DNA from: an uncultured virus (IMG/VR IMGVR_UViG_2706794926_000001)
Lineage: Duplodnaviria > Heunggongvirae > Uroviricota > Caudoviricetes
Strand: one strand, 5' to 3'
Virus record (IMG/VR): IMGVR_UViG_2706794926_000001
DNA length: 64,000 nucleotides
Below are positions 19,469-29,461 of the stretch, piece after piece. The translations under genes were made by a program, and so were the position numbers. The notes below the pieces were generated by a model. The model saw only the letters and a program-made list of their open reading frames with translations. It did not search any database and had not been told where the DNA came from. Every line of letters begins with the position of its first letter. Within the stretch, counting starts at the first letter, position 1.

Positions 19469-20131
19469 ATGATAGGGATGAAAAAAAGAATTATAGGGTG
19501 TATATTGCTTGGATTAATGGTGTGTACAAGTTCTACTACAGTTTTTGCAGGAATCTGGGAACAAAGTGGACCTTCATATGATCGTTATTGGAAGTATTTA
19601 AAAGATGATGGAAGTTATGCAACAAATGAATGGCTTTATTATAATAACGCATGGTATTATTTCGGTAAATATGGTCAAATGGCTGATAATAGACAAAACT
19701 GGGAAATGCCAGGTAGTAAATACACTTATTACTTTTATGCTTCAGGAAAAATGGCAACTGGTTTTATAAGAGATACTGAATCAAATTATTTTTCTGATGT
19801 TTGGATGTTTGCTGATAAAGATGGACACTGTATAGATGGACCACTTATTATTGATGGCCAACTATATTATATAGATGTAAAAAGCGGTTTTGCTAGCGCA
19901 AATTCTACTTATAATAATGATTACTTATATCTTTATAATGATGTTACTAAAGAGAATGACAAAATTCCTTGTATAAATGATAAAGGAAAAATATTTGATA
20001 GAAATGGTAAGCCTTTTACAGCTAATTCTAAAGTCTTTACTAGGGCAAAATATATACCAGAGTATGATTCTAATGGTAATTTAGTTGGAGAAATCAAAAA
20101 TTCAACTGATTGGAGAATTATGAATTGGTAA
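19469..20131 (+). CDS. Secreted protein with cell-wall-binding repeats
   Basis: Signal peptide MKKRIIGCILLG...VFA; WKYLKDDGSYATNEW....WYYF and YYFYASGKMATG. Confidence 0.8.
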   Translation: MIGMKKRIIGCILLGLMVCTSSTTVFAGIWEQSGPSYDRYWKYLKDDGSYATNEWLYYNNAWYYFGKYGQMADNRQNWEMPGSKYTYYFYASGKMATGFIRDTESNYFSDVWMFADKDGHCIDGPLIIDGQLYYIDVKSGFASANSTYNNDYLYLYNDVTKENDKIPCINDKGKIFDRNGKPFTANSKVFTRAKYIPEYDSNGNLVGEIKNSTDWRIMNW

Positions 20132-20216
20132 TCAATAGATAGTGTTTAAAGTTAGTTAGAATAGTATAACTATAATAGAAATACAAATAATTGATTATAT
20201 AATATAATATGAATCA

Positions 20217-20264
20217 AAAAACATACAGCTAGTTAATCAATAACATAGCTGTATGTTTTTATTT
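20217..20264 (+). terminator. Probable terminator
   Basis: AAAAACATACAGCTA...TAGCTGTATGTTTTT. Confidence 0.6.
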
Positions 20265-20352
20265 ACATATTAATTTTCTTAAAAAAATTTGATCCTCTCC
20301 CCTCACCTTCTACTAAATAAAAAACTTCACGCATAAAAATTAACAACATAAT

Positions 20353-20465
20353 CCTAAGAATATAAGAATATATATTTTTTAGAATATATATTCTTATATT
20401 CTTGGCTTCTAAACGCCTATTTTAGGTATGTTCCTTATTCTTATATTCGTATATTCTTATATTTC
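20353..20465. repeat. Octamer (AAGAATAT/ATATTCTT) repeat cluster in inverted and direct arrangement
   Basis: CCTAAGAATATAAGAATATATA...TATATATTCTTATATTCTTGG, then TATTCTTATATTCGTATATTCTTATATTTC. Confidence 0.7.
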
Positions 20466-20622
20466 TGAGAATCTTATTAAAGTTTTCGTATGTTATGAAA
20501 ATAAAGTGAATATTATCTCAGTGAATAGCAACGTAAATTTAAATTTACGGCAAATTTTCTTTAAATGGTTTTGCTATAAAAAAAATGATATAATTATTAA
20601 GTATAATTAAATTTTGAGTATA

Positions 20623-20651
20623 TTGACTTAATTACTAATGTAAGCTATGCT
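20623..20651 (+). promoter_or_regulatory. Sigma-A-type promoter upstream of the PadR gene
   Basis: TTGACT, 17 bp, TATGCT. Confidence 0.55.
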
Positions 20652-20828
20652 AAGGTTTAGTTAAAAGTAGTTAAAAATGTATGTAAAAAGGGGTGGGGTA
20701 TAAAATTAAATGAATTTAAATATTTATTTAATTTTGTATATAATTTAATGACTTATTGTAGGTCGAATTCGTGGTAGAAAAATGTAGAATGTAGAAGTTA
20801 AATCTAAGGAATGGAGGGTCTTGTTTAA

Positions 20829-21173
20829 GTGGAACAAAAAAAAATAACCAAAATTACGCCTGGCAATTTATTAGAACTATTTACACTGGGATATATAATG
20901 AAAAAAGATTCAGAAGTATATTTTAAAGAAGTTCTAGACGAAATAAAGCGTTTTGACATTACATGGGATATATCTCATGGAACTTATTATCCTGTAATTA
21001 ATTCTATGATTAAAAATGGGTATATCAATTACATGTATGATTACAACCAAAAGAAGTATTACGAAATAACACCTGTAGGCAGAGACTATTATAATTCTAA
21101 TTCTGAACATTATAAAAAATTACTTAGCAAAACATCTAAATTTTATAAAGATGTTGCAAAAGTTTTACCTTAA
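20829..21173 (+). CDS. PadR-family winged-helix transcriptional regulator
   Basis: ISHGTYYPVINSMIKNGYI and KKYYEITPVGR motifs. Confidence 0.85.
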   Translation: MEQKKITKITPGNLLELFTLGYIMKKDSEVYFKEVLDEIKRFDITWDISHGTYYPVINSMIKNGYINYMYDYNQKKYYEITPVGRDYYNSNSEHYKKLLSKTSKFYKDVAKVLP

Positions 21174-21198
21174 AATCTAGCTTATGCTAGATTTTTTT
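21172..21198 (+). terminator. Intrinsic terminator after the PadR gene
   Basis: AAAATCTAGC-TTAT-GCTAGATTTT followed by T-run. Confidence 0.75.
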
Positions 21199-21428
21199 GT
21201 TTTATCTCATATTGACAAAATATCCAATATAGGGTTAAGATGATATTAGGTTAGGAAATAAAATTATTTCACGTACAAGACTTAAAACTATATAATTTAC
21301 ATTTTAACTACGAAAAAGGAGCTTTTGCATTAACTGATAAAAATCTGTTAGCGATAGCTCATTTTTAATTTTAAAAATGTTGTAAGTTTAAAAAATAGCA
21401 TCAAATAAATATGAAATAAAGTTTAATG

Positions 21429-21457
21429 TTGACGTACTAAATTTTAAAATATATCAT
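21429..21457 (+). promoter_or_regulatory. Sigma-A-type promoter upstream of yhcG
   Basis: TTGACG, 17 bp, TATCAT. Confidence 0.55.
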
Positions 21458-21608
21458 GAATATATTAAGAAATTCGAGGATTTTGATTTAGAAAAAGTAA
21501 AGCTGCAAGAGGTAGCTGAGGTTTTAGAGGCAAATCCATTTTAAAGAAGGATACAACAGTTTGAAGCATTTCGGTATCTTAAATTTATCATAGCAGAAAT
21601 GGAGGGAT

Positions 21609-22643
21609 ATGATGCTTATTAATGAAAATGATTATTTGCAAACCATTCAGAAAATAAAGGAAGAAATAAAAGCTTCACAATATAGAGCTATAAAAACTGT
21701 GAATAAAGAACTTATACTATTATATTGGAATATAGGTAATGTGATTCTTAATAATAGCAAATGGGGCAATAAGTTTATAGATAGCCTTGCAAAGGATATT
21801 AAAATGGAATTCCCTGAAATAAAAGGTTTCTCTATTAGGAATTTAAAATACATGCGTAAATTTGCAGAATTATATACAGATTTTGAATTTGTGCAGACAG
21901 TGTCTGCACAAATAACATGGTCACATAATATTGAGATTATGGATAAGGTAAAATCACAGGATGAAAGAAAATGGTATATTGAAAAGGCTATAGAAAATGG
22001 ATGGTCTTTAAATGTATTGGCTACTCAGATAAAAACAAATCTATATAAAAGGCAAGTACTTGTAGAAAAAACCACTAATTACGAAAAAAATTTACCTAAG
22101 ACACAAAGTACAATTGCAAAGGGAATTTTAAAAGATCCCTACAATTTTGATTTTATTACATTTAGGGAAGATATGTTAGAAGTTCAATTAGAAAAAGAAC
22201 TTGTAAAGCAGGTTACAAAGTTACTTTTAGAACTAGGTTCAGGCTTTGCATTTGTAGGAAATCAGTATCACATAGAAGTGGCTGGAGAAGATTTCTATAT
22301 TGATTTATTATTTTATCATTTAAAACTAAAATGCTATGTAGTCATTGAGCTGAAAACAGGAAAATTTGTACCTGAATATGCAGGTAAATTAAATTTTTAT
22401 CTTTCTGCTGTTGATGATATCTTAAAAACAGAACAGGATAATCCAACTATTGGGCTTTTATTATGCAGAGAGAAAAATAAGTTAATTGCAGAATATGCCC
22501 TTAAAGATATGACAAAACCAATTGGAATAAGTGAATACAAACTATTTGGAGAATTACCAGATGAATTTGAAGATGCATTGCCAACTATTGAAGATTTAGA
22601 AAAACGCATTAATTTCTTTGATGGGGAAATATCTGATGATTAA
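21609..22643 (+). CDS. yhcG: YhcG/DUF1016 family PD-(D/E)xK nuclease-domain protein
   Basis: VNKELILLYWNIG, GFSIRNLKYMR, KDPYNFDF, LLELGSGFAFVG, YIDLLFYH, VIELK, GKLNFY. Confidence 0.93.
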   Translation: MMLINENDYLQTIQKIKEEIKASQYRAIKTVNKELILLYWNIGNVILNNSKWGNKFIDSLAKDIKMEFPEIKGFSIRNLKYMRKFAELYTDFEFVQTVSAQITWSHNIEIMDKVKSQDERKWYIEKAIENGWSLNVLATQIKTNLYKRQVLVEKTTNYEKNLPKTQSTIAKGILKDPYNFDFITFREDMLEVQLEKELVKQVTKLLLELGSGFAFVGNQYHIEVAGEDFYIDLLFYHLKLKCYVVIELKTGKFVPEYAGKLNFYLSAVDDILKTEQDNPTIGLLLCREKNKLIAEYALKDMTKPIGISEYKLFGELPDEFEDALPTIEDLEKRINFFDGEISDD

Positions 22644-22672
22644 AGATCAGAGAAAATCAATCAGGTAAAATT

Positions 22673-22747
22673 CTTAAATTGTGCAGACAGTGTCTGCACA
22701 ATTTAAGTTGAACTGCTATAAATGTAAAAATCACATTTATAACAGTT
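22673..22747. terminator. Two hairpins at the convergence point of the two arms (possible bidirectional terminators)
   Basis: 35-bp palindrome at 22673-22707; AACTGCTATAAATGT...ACATTTATAACAGTT at 22711-22747. Confidence 0.6.
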
Positions 22748-22778
22748 TTTGTGTACCAAGTATTTGTATTAACTAATA

Positions 22779-23684
22779 TTACTCCACTTTTCTATATTTC
22801 AAATACTCCCCTATCTTTGTCTTGGCAATATTTCTTCTTTTATTTATGCTGCCTCTACAGATGCCAAATTTATCACCTATTTCTTTGTCGGTAAGATTAT
22901 CTATATACCATAATTTAATAATTTTACGTTCTAAAGGAGTAAGGATCTTAAAGGCTGTGCTGCAAGTAATACCATTTATCCAGTTGGTATTTAAAAAAGT
23001 ATTATTATATGTATCACTATTTTCTTCCCCGTAAGCCACTGGGATAGAGGAAGTTTTAATATCGTAATATACAGTTATCTTATTTAAAGTATAGTCGTTT
23101 TCGACTTTTGATTGCACATCTTCCAATATATCTGCAAAGGTAAGATTGGTATCTTCTACAAACTTAATTGATTTAATTGGTGTAGAAATACTTACAGAGC
23201 TTCCACGTCCAATGGGATCTCGTATAGTTTTCTCCCAGTACCTATAGGCATAATAGTGGAAATTTTTATCTATATAGGTATGAAAACTAGGCCTTACATC
23301 CTTGTATTTCTGACACATATTAAAAAATATTATTTTCAAATCTTGTTTTATATCTTCAGAGCTTGACTCATGAAAAATATTCATGATTGTATTAATTGTT
23401 GAGAATACTACATTCTTCCCTGCATATTGATTATAAAAATGAGAATTTAATAATTTTCTATCTTTAGGATCTTCAACAAATAGCTTTATAAAGCTTCTTA
23501 CAGAATAGTAATTTAAATTGTATTTACCATACTTTATTAGTACTGCATAATTGGATAAGAATTTTGCAAAGGACTCCAATAATTTATCTGCAGCATCCAT
23601 TGAACCATTTTTATATTCATATACTAAGTCATGTACTCTTTGATAATCTTTGCTATAATCAACTTCATATTGTTTATTTCTCAT
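22779..23684 (-). CDS. Divergent RNA polymerase sigma-70-like factor
   Basis: Region-4 HTH LTPLERKIIKLWYIDNLTDKEIGDKFGICRGSINKRR; region-2-like EDIKQDL..IF.....KY.....SFHTYI. Confidence 0.7.
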   Translation of the reverse strand: MRNKQYEVDYSKDYQRVHDLVYEYKNGSMDAADKLLESFAKFLSNYAVLIKYGKYNLNYYSVRSFIKLFVEDPKDRKLLNSHFYNQYAGKNVVFSTINTIMNIFHESSSEDIKQDLKIIFFNMCQKYKDVRPSFHTYIDKNFHYYAYRYWEKTIRDPIGRGSSVSISTPIKSIKFVEDTNLTFADILEDVQSKVENDYTLNKITVYYDIKTSSIPVAYGEENSDTYNNTFLNTNWINGITCSTAFKILTPLERKIIKLWYIDNLTDKEIGDKFGICRGSINKRRNIAKTKIGEYLKYRKVE

Positions 23685-23821
23685 AAAAGCTACCTGAATA
23701 ATTTAGTGATGGGATTAAGACTAACATTATTCTCCCTCTCTTCTTAGATCTTTTCTCCAAACCGCCTTGTTCTTACTAAATTTTTAGAAGTGGCAGTTTT
23801 ATCAGTAGTATCTGAATTTAT

Positions 23822-24103
23822 TTATTCCTCTTCAAGGCGTCTTGCAGCCTTTTTTCTTTCATCTATAAGCCCTGGAGTTCCCCTGTCAGCTTGATTTAAC
23901 ATAGCTTCCTTACACCAAGGATGCAAATGCCATTTAAATTCAAATTTTCTTTGAAAAGAATCTTTTGAAAATTCACTTGGATATATTATTTCGTTGCAAT
24001 ACTGGCAAATAATAGGCTGACCTGGTTCAGGCTTTTTAGGTATATTTTGCCCATTTCTTGTATAATCCTCAGCATTCATATTATTATCTAGCACTATTTT
24101 CAT
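23822..24103 (-). CDS. Small hypothetical protein, possibly zinc-binding
   Basis: CQYC...HPWC; overlaps the upstream gene end; AGGTGA RBS. Confidence 0.6.
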   Translation of the reverse strand: MKIVLDNNMNAEDYTRNGQNIPKKPEPGQPIICQYCNEIIYPSEFSKDSFQRKFEFKWHLHPWCKEAMLNQADRGTPGLIDERKKAARRLEEE

Positions 24104-24467
24104 TGTTTATCACCTGCTCTCTCTTAGCTGCAATAGCTTTTAGCTTATCAATAGTTTCTCTTGAAACCTGTATAGTATTGTTTTCTCTTTTTATCATGTG
24201 CTGTCTATCCATATATTTATGGGTGCACATTGGTATTTGGCAAAGTTCACATTTAATATATAAATGGCTTGCCTTATTCTCACATTTACTGCATATAGGA
24301 CATGGATTGTATCGAGGACATGAAGTGAAGCATTCCTTATCCTCTTCAAATATTTCTTTAGTTGTCTGATGCTTATGCATATTATCTTTAATTTTTGTAA
24401 CCAGCTTTTTCTCTGCTGCTGCTTGCTGCATCTTAATAAATTCTTTATTCATACTATTCTCCACCAC
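24084..24467 (-). CDS. Cys-rich hypothetical protein
   Basis: CPRYNPCPICSKC...CELC..PMC; operon position. Confidence 0.65.
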   Translation of the reverse strand: MVENSMNKEFIKMQQAAAEKKLVTKIKDNMHKHQTTKEIFEEDKECFTSCPRYNPCPICSKCENKASHLYIKCELCQIPMCTHKYMDRQHMIKRENNTIQVSRETIDKLKAIAAKREQVINNENSAR

Positions 24468-24468
24468 T

Positions 24469-24807
24469 TTATATAGTTACTATTGTATTTGTATTATAAA
24501 TGAGTTCCTTTGATTTCTTGTATAAAATTATAGTATCTTCATCTATAAAATTCATAACAGAAAAGATATCTGCACATTTTTTTAACAATTGAGGAAGAGT
24601 ATATATCTTTTTAACAATACATTTTGTATTGGAATTGAATACGGAAAATATTATATCTGAGTTTTTGCTTAACTCAAAATTGATGTAAATACTGTCATAT
24701 TCAGAGCTTGGAACATTGTTGATTAATTTTTGAGCACAAACTTGCTCCAGGGTGCTTAATAAATAATTTAAATTTTTCATTATATTCAGTATTCTGTCTT
24801 CGGACAC
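24469..24807 (-). CDS. Hypothetical protein
   Basis: 112-aa ORF, GTG start, tightly spaced with the next gene. Confidence 0.6.
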   Translation of the reverse strand: MSEDRILNIMKNLNYLLSTLEQVCAQKLINNVPSSEYDSIYINFELSKNSDIIFSVFNSNTKCIVKKIYTLPQLLKKCADIFSVMNFIDEDTIILYKKSKELIYNTNTIVTI

Positions 24808-24957
24808 TATAAATCGCCTGCCTTTAATGTAATTTAGTAAAAGTACTTATGAATCTTCTTAAATATATATAGTCGAAATAGACTTGAAACTACATAAGAG
24901 AATCCATTGATTCATAAGCCCTTTACATATTTAGAATCAATATCCTTTATATATAAA

Positions 24958-24985
24958 TTATAGCAAATTACAATAATATTACAAT
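24958..24985 (-). promoter_or_regulatory. Sigma-A-type promoter for the small-gene and sigma-factor operon
   Basis: On the - strand: TTGTAA, 16 bp, TG.TATAAT. Confidence 0.5.
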
Positions 24986-24991
24986 CTAATA

Positions 24992-26221
24992 TTAGCTATT
25001 TTTTTTATATATAATTTCTATTTTTCTAATATTCATTTCGTCATAACTTTCACCAAAAATACATTTTACCTTGATATTGCTAGTAGCAGGCGTAAATGGG
25101 AAGGTATCTGTTATCTTATGATATTCATCATTATTGTCTTTATAAAAGAAATCATAATTGAAATCTTCATAATACATGCTTGAATCGCTGCCATTGTTAA
25201 AGTATGGCTTAATACCTGTTATTTCATAGCCATCTGTATCAGGAATCTTGGTTTCAAATTCAAAGGAAGAAGTTTCATAATCGCTATAATAATTAATAAA
25301 GCCAGTTACTTCTTTAAGTCCATATAAAAAAGTCCTGTAATTACTTTCGACTTCTGTATATCTGCTTGCTTCAACGGTTATTTTTATTTGATTTATTTTT
25401 CTGCTTTCAAAATTTAATTTAAAAGGTCTTATGGATTCTATATCACTATCTTGTGAGTTAATGCCTGCATTAGCTGTAGCAGGATTATAGTTTAATCCAT
25501 CAATAAGATCCCAGGCAGCAGAATCTCCATATCTGCAATATACTTTAGTAACTTTGCAAAGGAATGGATTAATGTATAATTCATTCATTAAAGGGGTTGT
25601 CATTATTTCTTCAGGCAGAGTTATTACATAGTTTGTTGTTAATTTTTCTACTGAATTATCAGTAACTACCCTTCGTGTCCAGTATAAATTTTCGTCTTTA
25701 TAAAATGGAGAATATATATCATTATCGCTTTCAGTTATTATGCCATTAGAATCTTCATTTATTATTGTGACATTTAAGGTGTCTGGAAGATATACAGAAT
25801 CAGCTGCTTCATCAAAAATAACAAATTTAGATACTTTTAAAGTTGGTCTTTTGGTGATACTTGAAGTCTTTGTTTCTATGACTGCCCCATAGTTTCTGTC
25901 ATCTGTAGTGCAGGAAGATGGAGTTATTAGCAGTCTTCTTTCTGTAGCACTATTTTTAAAGTCTTCATATTGAGTGAGCAAATCATTATATTTTTGAAGC
26001 ATAATTTTGTTTAAGGAAGTTAAATACGTATTTTCTTCTTTAATAAAGTCCATATTTCTGTTTAATAATCTTTCAATTGCATTGGTTTTGTTATAAAGGT
26101 CAAGAATATCAGCTAATATTTCATTTTGATTTTCATTATGTTCATCACTTCTGTTAATTGATTTATAACCAAAGTTTTTTCTATTTGCACTTGGTATATT
26201 ATTAATTATTACGTTCTTCAT
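24992..26221 (-). CDS. Putative virion structural protein
   Basis: N-terminal coiled coil then beta-rich region; last gene of a tightly coupled five-gene block next to lysis and fibre genes. Confidence 0.55.
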   Translation of the reverse strand: MKNVIINNIPSANRKNFGYKSINRSDEHNENQNEILADILDLYNKTNAIERLLNRNMDFIKEENTYLTSLNKIMLQKYNDLLTQYEDFKNSATERRLLITPSSCTTDDRNYGAVIETKTSSITKRPTLKVSKFVIFDEAADSVYLPDTLNVTIINEDSNGIITESDNDIYSPFYKDENLYWTRRVVTDNSVEKLTTNYVITLPEEIMTTPLMNELYINPFLCKVTKVYCRYGDSAAWDLIDGLNYNPATANAGINSQDSDIESIRPFKLNFESRKINQIKITVEASRYTEVESNYRTFLYGLKEVTGFINYYSDYETSSFEFETKIPDTDGYEITGIKPYFNNGSDSSMYYEDFNYDFFYKDNNDEYHKITDTFPFTPATSNIKVKCIFGESYDEMNIRKIEIIYKKNS

Positions 26222-27050
26222 ATTTTAATTCCTTTCTTATATCCTCCATGCTACTTTCTATGGTTTCTAGTAAGTTTGTAAGCTGTACATTAATGGTTTC
26301 AGGTTTATCTAAAAAGCCTTTTTTGTAGTTTTGTAAGTATGAAACTCTCTTTTTTAGCTTATTTATATTATTTTTGATTTCCATTATGGCAAAGTCTTTT
26401 TTCTTTGACTCATGAGGGCCTCTATATCTATTGTTGTATCTTATTGCATTTGGCACATCTAAATGCTCTTCTTTTTTGAAGATAGTATTATCTATTACAA
26501 ATCTAGCACTAACTTTATCAGTTTTTATATCACCAAGCTGAGCATATAAATAAATTATATATTTACCATTGTCCATATTAGTGAATTCTGCAAAGTTAGC
26601 TGTTGTTTCTGTGAATTTATCTTGCTTATTTAAAGGCATATCAGCTTTTTTAATTAGGTAGAAATATTTGTCTGGAACCTTTTTAATATATATCTGCACT
26701 TGGTTTGAAGCAGATAGCAGATTATCATTTACATCATAGATATAGACAGAATACACATAATTTCTGATATTATCTGGATTATTTACAAAGGATATTTTAA
26801 TTTTCCCAACTTCTCTTTGAAGATCTATTGATATTTGAGGAACCTTCATATTTTTTGTTACTAACACACTATTATCTAAATAGGATGTAGTCTTTTGATC
26901 TTGTATTTTATTAGAGGCTGCATCTGTTTCTAAGATTCTTCTGTAGATCTTATAATGGTCAGCCCCTATATCGGTTGTTGTCCAATTTAAAGCAACTGCA
27001 TCATCCTTGTCAGGATAGTTATATGTTAAAGTTGTAGCCATTTTATTCAC
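26202..27050 (-). CDS. Putative structural protein (Fn3-like N-terminus, C-terminal coiled coil)
   Basis: LNW......HYKIYRR Fn3-like pattern; RYRGPHESKK before the coiled coil. Confidence 0.55.
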   Translation of the reverse strand: MNKMATTLTYNYPDKDDAVALNWTTTDIGADHYKIYRRILETDAASNKIQDQKTTSYLDNSVLVTKNMKVPQISIDLQREVGKIKISFVNNPDNIRNYVYSVYIYDVNDNLLSASNQVQIYIKKVPDKYFYLIKKADMPLNKQDKFTETTANFAEFTNMDNGKYIIYLYAQLGDIKTDKVSARFVIDNTIFKKEEHLDVPNAIRYNNRYRGPHESKKKDFAIMEIKNNINKLKKRVSYLQNYKKGFLDKPETINVQLTNLLETIESSMEDIRKELKYEERNN

Positions 27051-29460
27051 CTACTATCTTTATAGAATTAATTGCTGGAGATACTGTGTAATCAGCAGTA
27101 GATAATTTTGCCATGATTCTAAGTCTCACGTTTGAATTTCCTTTTGCATTTTTAAGGTATTCCTTAGTTGAATTAAGCATATGCTTATAAGTAATATACA
27201 TTCTAAAGTATGGAGTATTGTTCATATAAACTTCTTGAGAATGATATGGAGGATAATGTCCATCATCTGATGGTTTAAGCACATCATTGTTTTCATCATA
27301 TATAGGGCCATCACCAGGGCCGTCATCCATAGCTTTTTCTTTAGTGTTATAATCCATATCTCCCATAGCCATCGGTACGTCTGGGACGTTTACTTCTAGG
27401 TTTAGGTTATCATAGTAATGAGGATCTTTAATCTTTTCAGCTTTATTTTTTAAATCAAAAACAGTTACTATGACATTTTTAAATTCTTTTACACGAGGAG
27501 CTTCATTTTTGGGATGGCTGCTTATATCTTCTTTTTTTACAGAATAGTATTTTAAGGACTGATTACTTATGTTTTTTATAAGGCTATTGTAATTTATTCT
27601 CTGCATTTCAGGGCCAGCATATAGTTCCTTGCAATAAGCTAATAAATTAAAATTGTGCTTTATTTTTTTCACATCCTTAGTTTTATCCTCATTATCTAAG
27701 TTTGTTAAGTCATGATTAATTAATAAAACCATTATTTGTATTAGATTTTCTCCAGCATTTAACTTAAAGCTGTATTTATTATTTTTAGGGAAGATTTGCC
27801 TTCCATTTATCAATACCATTGCATTAAAGGTTTCAGTTGTAACATCATAGGTAATATATCTATTTTCAATTATGGTTTCTTGTTCACATATGGCATATTG
27901 ACTCATGATAAAATAGTTATTGACCCTTTCACATCTTATATCCATAACTGTAGAATCTAACGGTGCTATATCTGTAACCCTTGCCTTTGAGTAATCATCA
28001 GTATGACATACTTTATCTGCTGGAACAGCATCATGTATTATGTGCTTATCCTCAGGAATTCCTTTATTAGGATCAGCTTTAATATCTTCTATAGACTTAT
28101 TTTTATATCTATCATTTACATCAAGTCTTTCAATGAGCCATTGGGAATGACCAGCTCTTAGATAAATAGAATTTAAATTTGTATTATCTGGCAAGGGGTA
28201 AACCTTAAAGTAATATTGTTTATTTACTTTGTCATATCTAGCTAGTTCAGAAAACTCAAATTTTTGTGTTTCATAGGTTAATATTTCTTTTTCATTGGTA
28301 AGAAGGCCTAAATCAACATTGCTTCCAGCTTCAACATTCTTCCATTCTACATCATCGTTTTTGTTTTCAAAGCCTACAAAATAAGCTATATCAGTATGTG
28401 GAGGCAGTTCATGAATTGGATCTACTGTAATATTTGATACTGGCTGCTCCATTTCTATGGTTTTACTTGTAAATACACTGGATTTCTTGTATTTATCATT
28501 ATAAACAGATAAATTGGAAAACATATAATAGCAATAAAATTCGTTATTATCATTATCCATGTAATCAAAACTTGTTTTTTCAAAGATAATTCTAAAGGCT
28601 TTCATATTCATAGCATTAAATCTCCAAGACATACTTGAATCCCCAGCAATATTGCTTTTTTCAAGAAAGTTAGTGCCATCCTCTGAGATAAATAATTTAA
28701 CGTTAGTGTTGTATAAGCTACAGCCATTTAAACATATTCTTGAAGCCTCATGATTTTCTGCAAAATCAATTTGAAGGGTTAAGGTTCCAGGCTCTTTATT
28801 TGAAGTTACTGTAGATATTGTAAGCATATCAGTTATTATTTCACTTAGAATTGAAGTTATATCTTTGTTTAAAATGACTTTAGCATTACTGCTATCAACA
28901 CTTATGGTTCCAGTTGTGCTTATATCAACTTTATCACTTGGAGTAGACCTTAGCTCATTTCTTAAAATTGATATATCATAATCTATTTCACTTGTACTTT
29001 GAGGAATATTATGAGTAATTAGATTTCGTGTACTAACCATAGATAAATCATTGAACTTTATTATATAAGGTTCATAAGCAGTTTTAGTTTCTGTATATTT
29101 TTTTAAGAGCTCTGTTTGAAGAATTAATTTATCTAAGGAATGGTTAGCTTCCTCCATTTGCATATCATAATCCCCATTAATAAGCACTTCATAATTAGTT
29201 TGAGTATTGTATACCTGAAAGGCATTTTTCAAGTCCTGTTCTATGTTTTTAAACATATTATTATAATCTTTTTTATCAGATCTAACATATTTCTTTAATG
29301 TAATTGGCTTAAAATAAGGAAGTCCTGGAGTTTTGTTTTCAAAGAATTCAGTTATTCTCTTATTAACTTGATAATTTGTTGCTCCATGACCTTCTTTTAA
29401 AAGTTCTAGGGAATACTGTTCATCTTTTTGCCTAAGTTGATATTCTTGCATATTAATCAT
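27043..29460 (-). CDS. Putative structural protein, 805 aa
   Basis: Shares architecture with the 600- and 727-aa neighbours (helical N-terminus, F.SK motif, I.Y motif, C-terminal SP.I..I). Confidence 0.55.
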   Translation of the reverse strand: MINMQEYQLRQKDEQYSLELLKEGHGATNYQVNKRITEFFENKTPGLPYFKPITLKKYVRSDKKDYNNMFKNIEQDLKNAFQVYNTQTNYEVLINGDYDMQMEEANHSLDKLILQTELLKKYTETKTAYEPYIIKFNDLSMVSTRNLITHNIPQSTSEIDYDISILRNELRSTPSDKVDISTTGTISVDSSNAKVILNKDITSILSEIITDMLTISTVTSNKEPGTLTLQIDFAENHEASRICLNGCSLYNTNVKLFISEDGTNFLEKSNIAGDSSMSWRFNAMNMKAFRIIFEKTSFDYMDNDNNEFYCYYMFSNLSVYNDKYKKSSVFTSKTIEMEQPVSNITVDPIHELPPHTDIAYFVGFENKNDDVEWKNVEAGSNVDLGLLTNEKEILTYETQKFEFSELARYDKVNKQYYFKVYPLPDNTNLNSIYLRAGHSQWLIERLDVNDRYKNKSIEDIKADPNKGIPEDKHIIHDAVPADKVCHTDDYSKARVTDIAPLDSTVMDIRCERVNNYFIMSQYAICEQETIIENRYITYDVTTETFNAMVLINGRQIFPKNNKYSFKLNAGENLIQIMVLLINHDLTNLDNEDKTKDVKKIKHNFNLLAYCKELYAGPEMQRINYNSLIKNISNQSLKYYSVKKEDISSHPKNEAPRVKEFKNVIVTVFDLKNKAEKIKDPHYYDNLNLEVNVPDVPMAMGDMDYNTKEKAMDDGPGDGPIYDENNDVLKPSDDGHYPPYHSQEVYMNNTPYFRMYITYKHMLNSTKEYLKNAKGNSNVRLRIMAKLSTADYTVSPAINSIKIVGE

Positions 29461-29461
29461 A

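Noticed and set aside
20428..20610. 60-aa ORF upstream of padR
   Set aside because: It runs through the octamer repeat cluster, has a weak RBS and low-complexity translation
24058..24369. 103-aa hydrophobic + strand ORF
   Set aside because: Antisense to better-supported coupled - strand genes
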